Source of the DNA: Halarcobacter sp.
GTDB taxonomy: Bacteria; Campylobacterota; Campylobacteria; Campylobacterales; Arcobacteraceae
Direction: 5' to 3'
Assembly (NCBI GenBank): GCA_048571215.1
Contig: CP182352.1
Span: 928,001 to 992,000, forward strand
Length of the DNA: 64,000 nt
Under the pieces are notes generated by a model. It worked only from the letters and a program-made list of their open reading frames with translations. It had not been told where the DNA came from and did no database searches. Made by a program: the position numbers and the translations under genes. This document shows, piece after piece, positions 21,650 to 31,780 of this stretch (positions within the stretch are counted from its first letter, which is position 1; the number at the start of each line of letters is the position of its first letter).

Positions 21650-22381
21650 ATGTCTGAATTAAAATCTTTGACAAAGGGTTTGCAAGTTTATAAAGAGATT
21701 GTAAATTATGGTAAACCTATTTTAGCTATTACTTTATGTGAAAGACTAGGTATAAATAAAAGTACCATGTCTAGAATCCTACAAACATTAAAAGATGAAA
21801 ACTATATAAGTTATATAGAAAATACAAATGAGATTATTCCCAATAGTTTAGAAAAAGAAACAACAAAAAAAACAAAAATACAACTACTTGTAGAAAGAAC
21901 AAAACCTTTACTTGAACAGATACATAAAAAGACAAATGAGTGCTCATATTTAGGTATCTTTACCAACAATAAAGTACTTTATTTAAACCAAATTGATAAC
22001 TCATCAAGAAAGGTAAAAACTAGAAATAGTATAGGCTTACAAGCCCCTGCACATACAAATGCCTTGGGAAAATCTATTTTGGCTTTTGGAAATTATGATT
22101 TAGATAGTTTAAAATTAAACTACTATACCCATAATACAATAACAAATATACACGAGCTCAAAAATAGCCTTGAAGAGGTTTTAAAAAATGGCTATTCAAT
22201 TGATAATAGTGAATATGAAGATAATATGTGTTGTGTTGCAGTTCCCCTTTTCAATCATGAAAATATACTTATAGGCTCAGTTGGTATCTCCGGAAGTAAA
22301 AATAGATTAAGTGTTGAAAAATTAAAAAATCTAGGTATGGAAATATCAAAAATAGTAGATAATTATAAACTTATTTGTTAA
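21650..22381 (+). CDS. IclR family regulator
   Basis: N-terminal HTH, HTNALGKSILA, CVAVP, VGISG. Confidence 0.92.
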   Translation: MSELKSLTKGLQVYKEIVNYGKPILAITLCERLGINKSTMSRILQTLKDENYISYIENTNEIIPNSLEKETTKKTKIQLLVERTKPLLEQIHKKTNECSYLGIFTNNKVLYLNQIDNSSRKVKTRNSIGLQAPAHTNALGKSILAFGNYDLDSLKLNYYTHNTITNIHELKNSLEEVLKNGYSIDNSEYEDNMCCVAVPLFNHENILIGSVGISGSKNRLSVEKLKNLGMEISKIVDNYKLIC

Positions 22382-22431
22382 TCTTTTTTTAAATTAATTC
22401 TAATAATATAAACTATTATAAAGGATAAATC

Positions 22432-23544
22432 ATGCTAAAACTTATCATTATATTATTTTTACCAATAGTACTTTTTTGCCAATCTATTTTAGAGTTTGAA
22501 AATGAAGGGATGAATATAAAAGTTGAAAAACTAGCTTCAAATCTTGGAGTTATTTGGGGGATGACCTTTGTAGATAAAAATAGATTACTCTTCACTACAA
22601 GAGATGGGAAATTTGGATTATTTGATACTAAAACTAAAAAGTTCAAGTACTTAGATAGTCCTTTAAAGGTTTTTGCAAAGGGTCAAGGTGGACTTCTAGA
22701 TGTTCAAACCTCCCCTTATTTTAAAGAAGATAATACAATCTACTTTACTTATGTAAAAACTATTAATGGTTATGGGGCAACTACCCTTGCAAAAGGAAAA
22801 TTTGTAAAAGATAAACTTACAAATATAGAAGATATTTTAGTAACAGATTCAAGAACAGATACAACTAGACATTTTGGAAGTAGAATAACTTTTGATGAGG
22901 ATGATCATATATATTTTTCTATTGGGGATAGGGGAGTTAGACCAAATGCACAGAACCTAAATAATCATGCTGGTTCAATTATAAGACTAAATCTAGATGG
23001 AACTGTACCAAGCAATAACCCTTTTATAAACAAAAAAAATGCCAAAATAGAGATATATAGTTTTGGACATAGAAATCCTCAAGGTTTGTATTATGATAAG
23101 TTGAATAAAAAACTTGTAAGTTGTGAGCATGGACCAAGGGGTGGTGATGAGATTAATATTGTAGAAAAAGGTTTAAACTATGGTTGGCCTACAATATCTT
23201 ATGGTAGAGAGTATTGGAATCCTTTAGCAGTTGGGAAAGGTACACACAAAGAGGGGATGGAACAACCAATACATATTTATGATCCTTCTATTGCACCTAG
23301 TTCACTTCTTGTATACAAAGGTAAAGAGTTTAAAAAGTGGAATGGAAACTATTTTTTAGGGGCATTAAAATTAACTCATCTGAATCGTATAGTATTAAAC
23401 AATAGGGGTGAAGTTATAAAAGAACAAAGATTATTAAAAACACTAAATGAAAGAATTAGAAATATTATACAAGATAAAGAAGGAAAACTTTACCTCTCTA
23501 CAGATAGTGGAAATATATATTTGCTATCACTAAAAGAGAGGTAA
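22432..23544 (+). CDS. PQQ-dependent glucose/sorbosone dehydrogenase family protein
   Basis: GQGGLLD, HFGSR, GHRNPQG, EHGPRGGDE. Confidence 0.92.
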   Translation: MLKLIIILFLPIVLFCQSILEFENEGMNIKVEKLASNLGVIWGMTFVDKNRLLFTTRDGKFGLFDTKTKKFKYLDSPLKVFAKGQGGLLDVQTSPYFKEDNTIYFTYVKTINGYGATTLAKGKFVKDKLTNIEDILVTDSRTDTTRHFGSRITFDEDDHIYFSIGDRGVRPNAQNLNNHAGSIIRLNLDGTVPSNNPFINKKNAKIEIYSFGHRNPQGLYYDKLNKKLVSCEHGPRGGDEINIVEKGLNYGWPTISYGREYWNPLAVGKGTHKEGMEQPIHIYDPSIAPSSLLVYKGKEFKKWNGNYFLGALKLTHLNRIVLNNRGEVIKEQRLLKTLNERIRNIIQDKEGKLYLSTDSGNIYLLSLKER

Positions 23545-23553
23545 ATCAAATAA

Positions 23554-23754
23554 TTATTCAGTTTTTAAATTTTTAGGTGTACATTTTTTAGAGATGATAC
23601 ACAATGGACAAAAGTCTACAAGTCCTGCTATCAAAGGTATTACACCTAAATAAAACCATACTATTCCTGTAAAAAACCCAATAGCAATCAATACTAATCC
23701 TAAAACAATTCTAAAAGGTCTACAGAAAGCTCTTATTTTATCAAACTTATTCAT
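23554..23754 (-). CDS. DUF2892-type small membrane protein
   Basis: RIVLG...GLVDFCPL. Confidence 0.75.
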   Translation of the reverse strand: MNKFDKIRAFCRPFRIVLGLVLIAIGFFTGIVWFYLGVIPLIAGLVDFCPLCIISKKCTPKNLKTE

Positions 23755-23916
23755 TATAACTATCCTTTATAATTTTTTCATAATTATAACTTATGAAACT
23801 TAGCTTTTTTTTAAAATTTAATATTAGAATTTCTTATACTATAAATAAAATATTTTTTAATGCTACGATTTATTGTTATACTTACAATCATAAATATTTA
23901 TTATAAAAGGAATTTG

Positions 23917-24219
23917 ATGGCTAATAAAAAAGATAATAGTGCAGATATTAAAAAACAGTTTGCACAAGTAATATTATATGCAAAAATAAGTGCAGGGATA
24001 TTTTTTGTACTTTTAACGCCAAGTATAGTTATGTTGATTAAGGATAAAACTGAGGTTTTTGGTCAAGACCAAGATTTTTGGTTTAGAGCTGGTATTGCTG
24101 GATTTATAATATATATGGGTTTTACTTTGTTTTTGTGGAAATGTCCTAGTTGTGGAAAATTTCCTGGCCGTGGGTGGTTTAGGAAAAATTGTCAAAGTTG
24201 TGGAGTTGAATTGAGTTAG
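23917..24219 (+). CDS. Hypothetical membrane protein with C-terminal Zn ribbon
   Basis: Two TM, CPSC...CQSC; RBS AAGGA. Confidence 0.6.
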   Translation: MANKKDNSADIKKQFAQVILYAKISAGIFFVLLTPSIVMLIKDKTEVFGQDQDFWFRAGIAGFIIYMGFTLFLWKCPSCGKFPGRGWFRKNCQSCGVELS

Positions 24220-24902
24220 AACTCAATTTTTTTCTCCACAAATATCTCTTCCAATGTAATATTTGATTGATAAACTAAAACTTCAACACCACTTTTTCTA
24301 GCTTCTAAAAATTTTTCATAATATTTTTTATCAATATTTTTTGCTATATCAAAAGCTAAGTTATCTGTTCTTTGGATTATATATAACATAACAGCTCTAT
24401 GTCCTTGTTTTACCATATCCATTAACTCTTCAAGATGTTTTAATCCTCTTGTTGTAACAGCATCTGGAAAGGCTAGAGTATCTTCAAGTTTTAAACTCAC
24501 ACTTTTTATCTCCACATAACATTTTTGTTCTTCATTTTCTAAAAGTATATCTATTCTAGAATTTTTACCATATTTTTGTTCAGGTTTAATTAAGCTATAA
24601 CCTTGAAGCTCTTTGATGATGCCATTTTCTATTGCTTCAATTGCAATCTTGTTTGCTACACCTGTATTTGTGCAGATTAGATTTTTACCAATTTTAGTTA
24701 GCTCTAAAGTGTATTTTAGTTTTCTTTTTGGATTATCATGAAAAGTTACCCATACAGGACAGTTTGCTTCAATACAACTAGTCATTGCTCCGCTGTTTGG
24801 AACATGGGCAGTTATCTCTTGCTGATCATCTAAGATTATATCAGCTAAAAATCTTTTATATCTTTTTATAAGTTTACCACTATAAAGTTTTTCAAATTTC
24901 AT
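24216..24902 (-). CDS. sfsA: DNA/RNA nuclease SfsA
   Basis: KRYKRFLAD, HVPNSG, SRID, EIKSV, FPDAVTTRG. Confidence 0.95.
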   Translation of the reverse strand: MKFEKLYSGKLIKRYKRFLADIILDDQQEITAHVPNSGAMTSCIEANCPVWVTFHDNPKRKLKYTLELTKIGKNLICTNTGVANKIAIEAIENGIIKELQGYSLIKPEQKYGKNSRIDILLENEEQKCYVEIKSVSLKLEDTLAFPDAVTTRGLKHLEELMDMVKQGHRAVMLYIIQRTDNLAFDIAKNIDKKYYEKFLEARKSGVEVLVYQSNITLEEIFVEKKIEF

Positions 24903-24948
24903 TTAAACTCCTTATAGAGCTTTTATCAAAACTACACTTATAAAAAAC

Positions 24949-24966
24949 TTGGAATAAAAATTGCAT
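24949..24966 (+). promoter_or_regulatory. Sigma54 (-24/-12) promoter candidate
   Basis: TTGG-AATAAAAATT-GCAT, GG-N10-GC spacing. Confidence 0.7.
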
Positions 24967-24976
24967 ATAATTGTAA

Positions 24977-25378
24977 ATGAAAAAATTAAAAGAGTTCAAT
25001 AAAGAAAAACACCTACTTAATTATGAAAAAATGGATGATTTACATAAAGAGTTTTTAGATATTTATAATAGTGTAGATTTAAACTCCATAGAATCAATTA
25101 TAACAAAATCATATGAACTATTTGAACAAAGTAAAAGACACTTCAATGATGAAGAGATTTTAATGGAACAGCATAATTATTCAACCATGAAAGAACATAA
25201 AGATGAACATTCTAAAGTATTAGCTGAGATGGATTATTTCATTAAAAATTCTCAATCTATGTTTGGTAAAAAGATGTTAAAAGCTTATTATGTGGAAAAA
25301 CTACCTGATTGGTTTGATTTACATTTACTTAGTATGGATAGTGATTTAGCCTCTTTTTTAAAAAAGAGTGAAAACTAA
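24977..25378 (+). CDS. Hemerythrin family protein
   Basis: MDDLH, HFNDEE, HKDEH, HLLSMD. Confidence 0.9.
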   Translation: MKKLKEFNKEKHLLNYEKMDDLHKEFLDIYNSVDLNSIESIITKSYELFEQSKRHFNDEEILMEQHNYSTMKEHKDEHSKVLAEMDYFIKNSQSMFGKKMLKAYYVEKLPDWFDLHLLSMDSDLASFLKKSEN

Positions 25379-25393
25379 TTTAAGGGGAGCTAT

Positions 25394-25582
25394 ATGGGGC
25401 TTTTTGAAGAGAAAATTAAACAAGATATTATGCAGACAATTTTTGCAGACAACTTAAAAATGTATGAGCTTATCGAGGGTAAGTTTGCCCTAAAAGATGA
25501 AGATAAACAAAAACTTTTAGAAAAAATCTCAAATTTTAATGGTGACTTAAATGAACTATTAAAAGATATAAAACTTTCATAG
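25394..25582 (+). CDS. Hypothetical protein
   Basis: RBS GGGGAG, within operon. Confidence 0.65.
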   Translation: MGLFEEKIKQDIMQTIFADNLKMYELIEGKFALKDEDKQKLLEKISNFNGDLNELLKDIKLS

Positions 25583-25590
25583 GATATTAG

Positions 25591-26598
25591 ATGATAACAC
25601 CAGCAATAGGAACACAAGAACTTTATAAACAATTACAAACTTTAATAGACACGGATATACCTGTTTTTATACATGGAAGTCCAGGGATTGGTAAGTCATA
25701 TATAGTAAATGATATTGCAAAACAAAACGATTTGCAGATAATTGATGTAAGATTATCTCAACTTGATGCTGTTGACTTAAGGGGAATTCCTACCATTGCA
25801 AATGAGCAAACAAAATGGATGCCACCTGTTTTTTTACCAACAGATCAAAACTCAAAAGGGATACTTTTTTTAGATGAGTTAAATTCAGCTCCACTTTCAG
25901 TACAAGCTGCTATCTATCAGCTAGTACTTGATAGAAAAATTGGTGAATATACTATGCCAAAAGGGTGGAGAATAGTTTGTGCTGGTAATAAGATAAATGA
26001 CAAAGGTATTGTTTTTAAACTACCTAGTCCACTTATAAATAGAATGGTTCATATAGTACTTGAAGCTAAATATGATGATTTTAAAATTTGGGCTATAAAA
26101 AATGAGATACACCCTTTTATAATAGGTTTTTTAGGCTTTAGACCAGATTTATTAAGTACAGAAGTTCCAAGCTCAACAGAGACAAATCCTGCATTTTGTA
26201 CCCCAAGAGCTTGGAATATGTTATCAAATATCTTAAAACAAACAGAAGATATAAAGAGTATAAATCCCATTATTTATGGAAGTGTTGGATATGGAGCTGG
26301 TATTGAGTTTATCTCTTTTGTAAAGGTTTATAAAACTCTTCCAGATATTGATGCTATCTTAAGTGGAAACTCTGATATGGTTCCCCAAGAGCCAAGTGCT
26401 TTATATGCACTTTGTGCAGCAATAATTGAAAAGTATAGTGATACCAAACAAGCAAATAATCTTTTTGAGTATTGTAAAAAACTGCCAGTTGAGTTTAATG
26501 TGATGTTGATTAAGGACTTAATTGTAAAAGATGAAGATATAGCAGAACTTGATAGCTTTGATTCATGGATGGAGCAGTATGGACAATACATCATTTGA
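25591..26598 (+). CDS. MoxR-like AAA+ ATPase
   Basis: GSPGIGKS, LFLDELN, CAGN, TPRAW. Confidence 0.88.
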   Translation: MITPAIGTQELYKQLQTLIDTDIPVFIHGSPGIGKSYIVNDIAKQNDLQIIDVRLSQLDAVDLRGIPTIANEQTKWMPPVFLPTDQNSKGILFLDELNSAPLSVQAAIYQLVLDRKIGEYTMPKGWRIVCAGNKINDKGIVFKLPSPLINRMVHIVLEAKYDDFKIWAIKNEIHPFIIGFLGFRPDLLSTEVPSSTETNPAFCTPRAWNMLSNILKQTEDIKSINPIIYGSVGYGAGIEFISFVKVYKTLPDIDAILSGNSDMVPQEPSALYALCAAIIEKYSDTKQANNLFEYCKKLPVEFNVMLIKDLIVKDEDIAELDSFDSWMEQYGQYII

Positions 26599-27808
26599 TG
26601 AACTTTTTCAAAAGATAAGAATAAATTTTTTATTTAATCATCCTTTTCTTTCAGTATTGGCACTATCTATCCCCACACAATTCGGGGAAAATGAAAATAG
26701 TGCCTTTCAAACAAATGGAAATAGAATAAATATTGATTTAAAAAAACTGCAAAAATATAGTGAAGATGAAATAACTTATCTTTATGCTCACACTCTTTTA
26801 CATGTCGTTTTAAAACACCCATATAGACAAAAAACACGGGAGAAAAAACTTTGGAATCAAGCTTGTGATTTGGTTATAAACTTAGTTATGTCAACTTTTT
26901 CAAATGTTGGTTCTATGCCAAATGATGAGGTTTTGGATAGTGATTTAGAACACAAGTGTGTTGAGGAGGTTTATGAGATTCTCCAAAAGCAAAAAGAGGA
27001 ACAAGAGAGTGAATCTTCACAAAATCAAGAGCAAAAAGATGAAGAGATAAAAACAAAACCAAACGAAAAAGGAAAACTAAAATCTTATATCTATGATGAT
27101 TCTAAATTAGATATTGAGGAGGTTGAAAATGAAAAAACTTCCCAAGGTGATAGGGAAAAGCTTGATGGTATTATTATTCAAGCTTTATCTATAGCAAAAA
27201 GAACTACAAATAAATACGCAGGTTTACAAATAGAAATAGATACCCTTATAAAACCAGAAATCTCACTGCAAGATACCTTAAAAGAGTACTTAATAGCCTC
27301 TTTATTTGAAAAAACAACAACATATAATAGACCAAATAAGAGGTTTATCCACAGTGGTTTATATCTTCCTGGAAATAAAAAAAGTGATGAACTTATAGAG
27401 GTATATATTGCCCTTGATAGTAGTTCTAGTGTAACACTTGATGAGTACAAAAAGTTTTTAGGTGTAGTAAAAGATGTGTGTGATGGTTTTTATGAATATA
27501 AAGTAACTGTTTTGCCCTTTGATATAAAGGTAAAAGAGAATCATATTATCAATTTTGATAGTTTTAATCCTTTAGTTGAGGATGATTTATTTATCCCTAA
27601 AAGTGATGGGGGAACTAATTTTGATGAGGTGCTTAGATATTTAAAAAAATCAAGTGATATAAAAAATGATAATCTACTTATGGTTTTAACTGATGGGGAG
27701 TTTGAATTAACAGAAACTTTAGTTTGCAATACTGTTTTTATTATTAGTGAGAAGAAAAATATACAAAGGTTTGAAAAATTTGGAAGAGTTATTCAATTTA
27801 ACCTATAA
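26579..27808 (+). CDS. DUF2201-type metallopeptidase-like plus VWA domain protein
   Basis: HTLLH...H, WNQACD, LDSSSS MIDAS-like, GGTNF, LTDG; follows AAA ATPase. Confidence 0.8.
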   Translation: MDNTSFDELFQKIRINFLFNHPFLSVLALSIPTQFGENENSAFQTNGNRINIDLKKLQKYSEDEITYLYAHTLLHVVLKHPYRQKTREKKLWNQACDLVINLVMSTFSNVGSMPNDEVLDSDLEHKCVEEVYEILQKQKEEQESESSQNQEQKDEEIKTKPNEKGKLKSYIYDDSKLDIEEVENEKTSQGDREKLDGIIIQALSIAKRTTNKYAGLQIEIDTLIKPEISLQDTLKEYLIASLFEKTTTYNRPNKRFIHSGLYLPGNKKSDELIEVYIALDSSSSVTLDEYKKFLGVVKDVCDGFYEYKVTVLPFDIKVKENHIINFDSFNPLVEDDLFIPKSDGGTNFDEVLRYLKKSSDIKNDNLLMVLTDGEFELTETLVCNTVFIISEKKNIQRFEKFGRVIQFNL

Positions 27809-28481
27809 AGAGGAAGTAGAACTTCTAAAAGATGAAGAAAATTTTGAAATCTTAGGTGATGAAAAATATTTAAATCATCCTGATATGGAGGCTAGACTCT
27901 ATTGGGCTTTTTGTAGACCCAATGGTTCAAGACAGGAGCAAATAGCAGATAGTGAACCTCTTGTATCTATAATGGCATTTAATCACTCAAAATTAAACCC
28001 TTTAAAAAGGTTTGAGTTACTACATAAAGATGTTATAGAAAAAGAAAATTTACGAGTAAAAATTAGAAATAGAACAAGAATGCTTTTTAGAAGTTTAATT
28101 GATGATGACTTTACTGAGTTAAATCAAGTACTAGATTTAGTTCCTGTATTTCTACCCGTAGCTATAGACCAACTAAAAAATGGAAGAAAATGGAATGACA
28201 TAAAAGCTTGTGAGATAGAAGCTACAAAATTCTTAAATCGAGCTAGTGAGTTTATAGATGAAGATTTTAAAACAGCATTATATATAAAGTTAGCAGATTT
28301 TGAAGAGATGGATAATAGTGAACTAAAAGAGCTTTTAGAAAAAACTATTGAAAAAAAAGATTCTATTCATAGGATAATTTTAGATTATTACAAAGAAAAG
28401 AGTATGGAGTGGATTGAGGATAGTGATTTACATATTTTGCAGAAAAAAGGGTTGGAGAAATTGGTAGCTAAGTTGGGTTAG
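27780..28481 (+). CDS. Hypothetical protein (start uncertain; ORF track starts 27747)
   Basis: Long ORF continuing the operon; AAGGT before TTG at 27780. Confidence 0.7.
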   Translation: MEELFNLTYKEEVELLKDEENFEILGDEKYLNHPDMEARLYWAFCRPNGSRQEQIADSEPLVSIMAFNHSKLNPLKRFELLHKDVIEKENLRVKIRNRTRMLFRSLIDDDFTELNQVLDLVPVFLPVAIDQLKNGRKWNDIKACEIEATKFLNRASEFIDEDFKTALYIKLADFEEMDNSELKELLEKTIEKKDSIHRIILDYYKEKSMEWIEDSDLHILQKKGLEKLVAKLG

Positions 28482-28513
28482 TCAAGTTTTAGAGTGTTTT
28501 GGTGGGGTGGTAG

Positions 28514-28577
28514 TTATAACGTTGAGTTCTGCGGGAGCCGCGCTTTTTGCGGCTTCCGTAGAAACGATTTGTTAACT
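28514..28577 (-). other. attC site 1
   Basis: Minus strand AGTTAAC-AAATCG...GAAGCCGC AAAAA GCGCGGCTCC...TCAAC-GTTATAA, just after the ORF stop. Confidence 0.85.
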
Positions 28578-28580
28578 TAA

Positions 28581-28952
28581 TTATTTTTCTTTTATAAAGT
28601 CCCTAATGGCCTTTTCAAAAGCTTTTAATATCTTCGGACGTTGCTTGTTGCTTACCAATCCTTTAGGTAATTTTTCAAACCACCTTTGCATTTCGCCATG
28701 GTCTCCACCGTATTTCCACAATTCACTTTCTGGTATCTTGGTGCTCGGCTGAATTTTTCGGTCAAAGTGCTCTTTGCAAGCTAGTAATTGTTCAACGCAA
28801 TGAAATTCAAATGTGAAACCGCATTCTTTGACAAAATAAACATCGTAGGGGTCAATTATTTTGTCTCTGCCTTCTGGCGGATTAATTCCTTCACCCCACA
28901 TTTTATTTTTGTGTTTTATCTCGTCATATTTTTCAATCCAATGCTTTGACAT
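28581..28952 (-). CDS. Cassette-borne hypothetical protein
   Basis: ORF bounded by GTTAACT (29002-28996) and complementary AGTTAAC in attC 1. Confidence 0.75.
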   Translation of the reverse strand: MSKHWIEKYDEIKHKNKMWGEGINPPEGRDKIIDPYDVYFVKECGFTFEFHCVEQLLACKEHFDRKIQPSTKIPESELWKYGGDHGEMQRWFEKLPKGLVSNKQRPKILKAFEKAIRDFIKEK

Positions 28953-28995
28953 TCATTTTCCAATTTTTTGGTTTAGTTGTTCATTCAGTTATTAA

Positions 28996-29035
28996 AGTTA
29001 ACTACTTATTGTAATACATTATATATAAATAATGT
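28996..29035 (-). other. attI-like leader copy 1
   Basis: Minus TATAATGTATTACAATAAGTA-GTTAACT; homologous to 35104 and 38916. Confidence 0.55.
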
Positions 29036-29256
29036 ATAAATTCACATAATAATATAACACTTTTAATGTTAAGATATTAAATTAACTAAAATCCCTTAAA
29101 TAAGGCAATTTCAATAAAATATTCTATAATATATTTTAATAAGTGATGTTTTTTATCATTTTTTTATATATTTGATTTAGTTTTTAATGTTAGATTATCA
29201 CGGTATATCCTTAATATCTTAACATTTTGTATGACTATTGGATGAAAATCTTAATA

Positions 29257-30287
29257 GTTTAACAAAATGATAAATATATTATATTGTGATTGGCTAAAAC
29301 TATTATCGAAATATTTGAATGTAAATAAACTTTTACTGTACGTCTTGGCTTTCTCGACTTTTTTTTGTGAAAAAAAAAGTAGCAAAAAAATCATCCCGCA
29401 GATTTCGAAGGCGGAAGCTCCCCTCTCTTATTATTCATCCCTTTTGAGTGACTAAAAACTTACTAAAACGTGAGTTTGTCACGTTTCTTTACGCTTCAAA
29501 CAGTTTAGTCACTTGTTTTCAAAAGAGATAAATAAACACTCGGCTTCTCAAATGCGGGAAGATGGGAAACTGACCTTTGCATTTTTTGGTACCATTTTTT
29601 TTGAATTGGTGTAATACTTAATTTATACAAAGAAAGTTTGCAGCTAGTGTATTTAGTCCAGACTTTGTTGAAGCCGGAAGTTTTCTAATTATTTTCGGAG
29701 AAGACCGAGGACCGTTCAACTGGATAAAAGGTACTAGATGTACCTTTTAGGAAGGCGTTCCGCAGGTCAGAAGATAATTAGAAAGCTGTAGGGAACTTTA
29801 GCTTCAACAACCGTCTGGTTGCTTTTTGCCATACTTTTTACAATTAAAAAGTATGAAAGCGGAGAACTTTGTTCTTCAAGACAATTGCATACAATAAAAA
29901 CTATTATCAAAATATTTGAGTGTAAATAAACTTTTACTGTACGTCTTAGCTTTCTCGACTTTCTTTTGTGAAAAAGAAAGTAGCAAAGAAACCATCCTGC
30001 GGGTTTCGAAGGCGGAAGCTCCCCGAGCTTTTCATTCATCCCTTTTGTGTGCCTAAAAACTTGCTCTTGTGCTTGCACTCTCTGTGAGAAAACGTTCTCC
30101 CAGAACGTTTCTTTACGCTTCAAACAGTTTAGTCACTTGTTTTCAAAAGAGATAAATAAACACTCGGCTTCTCAAATGCGGGAGAGTGGGATATTGACCT
30201 TTACATTTTTTGATACCATTTTGTTTAAGTTGCTGTTATACTCAACAATTATTATAAAAGTGGAGATTCATTTTCTGGGGGTGTCAC
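29257..30287. repeat. Structured repeat block 1 (units A-B-A plus GGGGTGTCAC end)
   Basis: About 1 kb direct-repeat homology to 35350-36367; nested hairpins; A approx 29296-29620 and 29897-30245, B approx 29633-29880. Confidence 0.9.
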
Positions 30288-30765
30288 TTATTTTTGTTGA
30301 AAGTAGATTCCTAATATTTTCAAAATCATTTTTAGATTTAAATGTAGCTTTAGCAATTGAAGATTTTCCGTTTGTATGGTGTATATTTAGAAATATCCCA
30401 TTACCAGCTTTGAATTCCTCTATCTTGCTAATTTGTGAAAAAGGCAACTCTATATGCTTAACCCCAGACCAAGAAAACTTTGGAACTACTATAGATTGCT
30501 CGTTGACAATAATCTTGCGTTTACCCTGAAGTAATGCAAATATCAGGAAGAAACCTAAAAGTACAAAAGCGGCACTAATAAGAAATAATACCCCATAAGC
30601 AACACTAGATATTTCTGGTGATAACCTAATTGATTTAAATAAAACCAAAACTGTATTGCCAGCTACGGCTTTAAGGAAAAAATGTTTTGCCGCTAACCCA
30701 AAGAAAATAATTACTATGGGAGGAACCCATAACATTTTTTTTAACTCAAATACTTGTTGGCTCAT
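30268..30765 (-). CDS. Cassette-borne hypothetical membrane protein lacking its attC
   Basis: Two TM, RBS AGGAG; last residues DTPRK come from the repeat-block end. Confidence 0.7.
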   Translation of the reverse strand: MSQQVFELKKMLWVPPIVIIFFGLAAKHFFLKAVAGNTVLVLFKSIRLSPEISSVAYGVLFLISAAFVLLGFFLIFALLQGKRKIIVNEQSIVVPKFSWSGVKHIELPFSQISKIEEFKAGNGIFLNIHHTNGKSSIAKATFKSKNDFENIRNLLSTKISDTPRK

Positions 30766-30779
30766 TTGAAACTCCTTTT

Positions 30780-30850
30780 AGCTAATGTTTAAAATGAGCA
30801 ATCAGTAACCCTTGCGTGGGTTACTAATTGGCTCCTCTGATTTGTTAAAT
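30780..30850 (-). other. attC site 2 (R' core reads ATTAGCT)
   Basis: Plus AGCTAAT-GTTTAAAATGAG-CAATCAGTAACCC...GGGTTACTAATTG-GCTCCTCTGATTT-GTTAAAT. Confidence 0.8.
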
Positions 30851-30854
30851 TTCT

Positions 30855-31130
30855 TCATAAATCATCGACCTCGACTTTTCCAAATTCTCCAGTGAGTCTT
30901 TCCAGTAATAGACCCAGAACTTCAAAGTACTCACCTGCTCGATGTGTACATAGTCCATATTCCTCTACTGCTAATTCGAATCTCATTGTTTTTCTATTGT
31001 ACTCACGAATTACCCAAAGTTGTCCATCGTAATCATATTTGCATGAAGTACAAAATTCAGCGAGGAATGCTTTAATTTCATTTGTATTGTTGTGTTCGAA
31101 TTTGAAGCTTTGTGCAAGACCCAATGTCAA
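30855..31130 (-). CDS. Cassette-borne hypothetical protein
   Basis: ORF filling the interval between attC 3 and attC 2. Confidence 0.65.
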   Translation of the reverse strand: MTLGLAQSFKFEHNNTNEIKAFLAEFCTSCKYDYDGQLWVIREYNRKTMRFELAVEEYGLCTHRAGEYFEVLGLLLERLTGEFGKVEVDDL

Positions 31131-31140
31131 TCCTTTTGTA

Positions 31141-31212
31141 GTTTAACGTTTGAAATGAGCAATCAAAAAGCCGCTCGCAGGTTTTTGATTGGTCTCCTCT
31201 AATTTGTTAGAC
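31141..31212 (-). other. attC site 3
   Basis: Plus GTTTAAC...CAATCAAAAA...TTTTTGATTG...GTTAGAC; ORF stop TAA lies in R''. Confidence 0.88.
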
Positions 31213-31767
31213 ATTGGGATTTTGATCATTTCTAAACTCTCTCACTATTTGTGGAGAACGAAGTTTCCAGATTATCCATCCGAAAAGTGCAGTAAATATT
31301 AAGACGAAAATAACTGAAGCGATTGACATCACGGTCATCATCGTCTCCATTTGAGACTGAAACTCTACGGGAGTATCAGGGGGCAATGGAAAGTCTTGAA
31401 TCATTGCTTCTTGGAAAACGAGACTTGCCAGATTTCAAATAATCCCAAGTGCCAGTAGTGCAATAAATGCAATTCGGGCCCAGTTTTTTCGTTTGAGGAG
31501 ACCAATTGATGCAATGAGAACAAATAAAGAAACCAGAAATACTGCTAGGAAAATTAAATCAAAATGCTTGAACATAAACTGGGCTATTTCAGGAACTGGG
31601 ACTGAACTGTTACTTTCATTCATTAGTTCTTCCACTGGCAGTTTAGGCATAATAAATTGAAACATGATATTTTGCAAGGCAGTAATAAATGTTCCAAATC
31701 CTGCAAATACGATTCCTATCCATGCTAATGCTGTAATAAATGTTGATTTTGAATTTTCTGCTGCCAA
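31207..31767 (-). pseudogene. Cassette membrane protein split by an in-frame TGA
   Basis: 31435..31767 and 31207..31404 are in one frame: ALGII*NLASLVFQEAMIQD. Confidence 0.75.
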
Positions 31768-31780
31768 CTTATTTTCCTTT

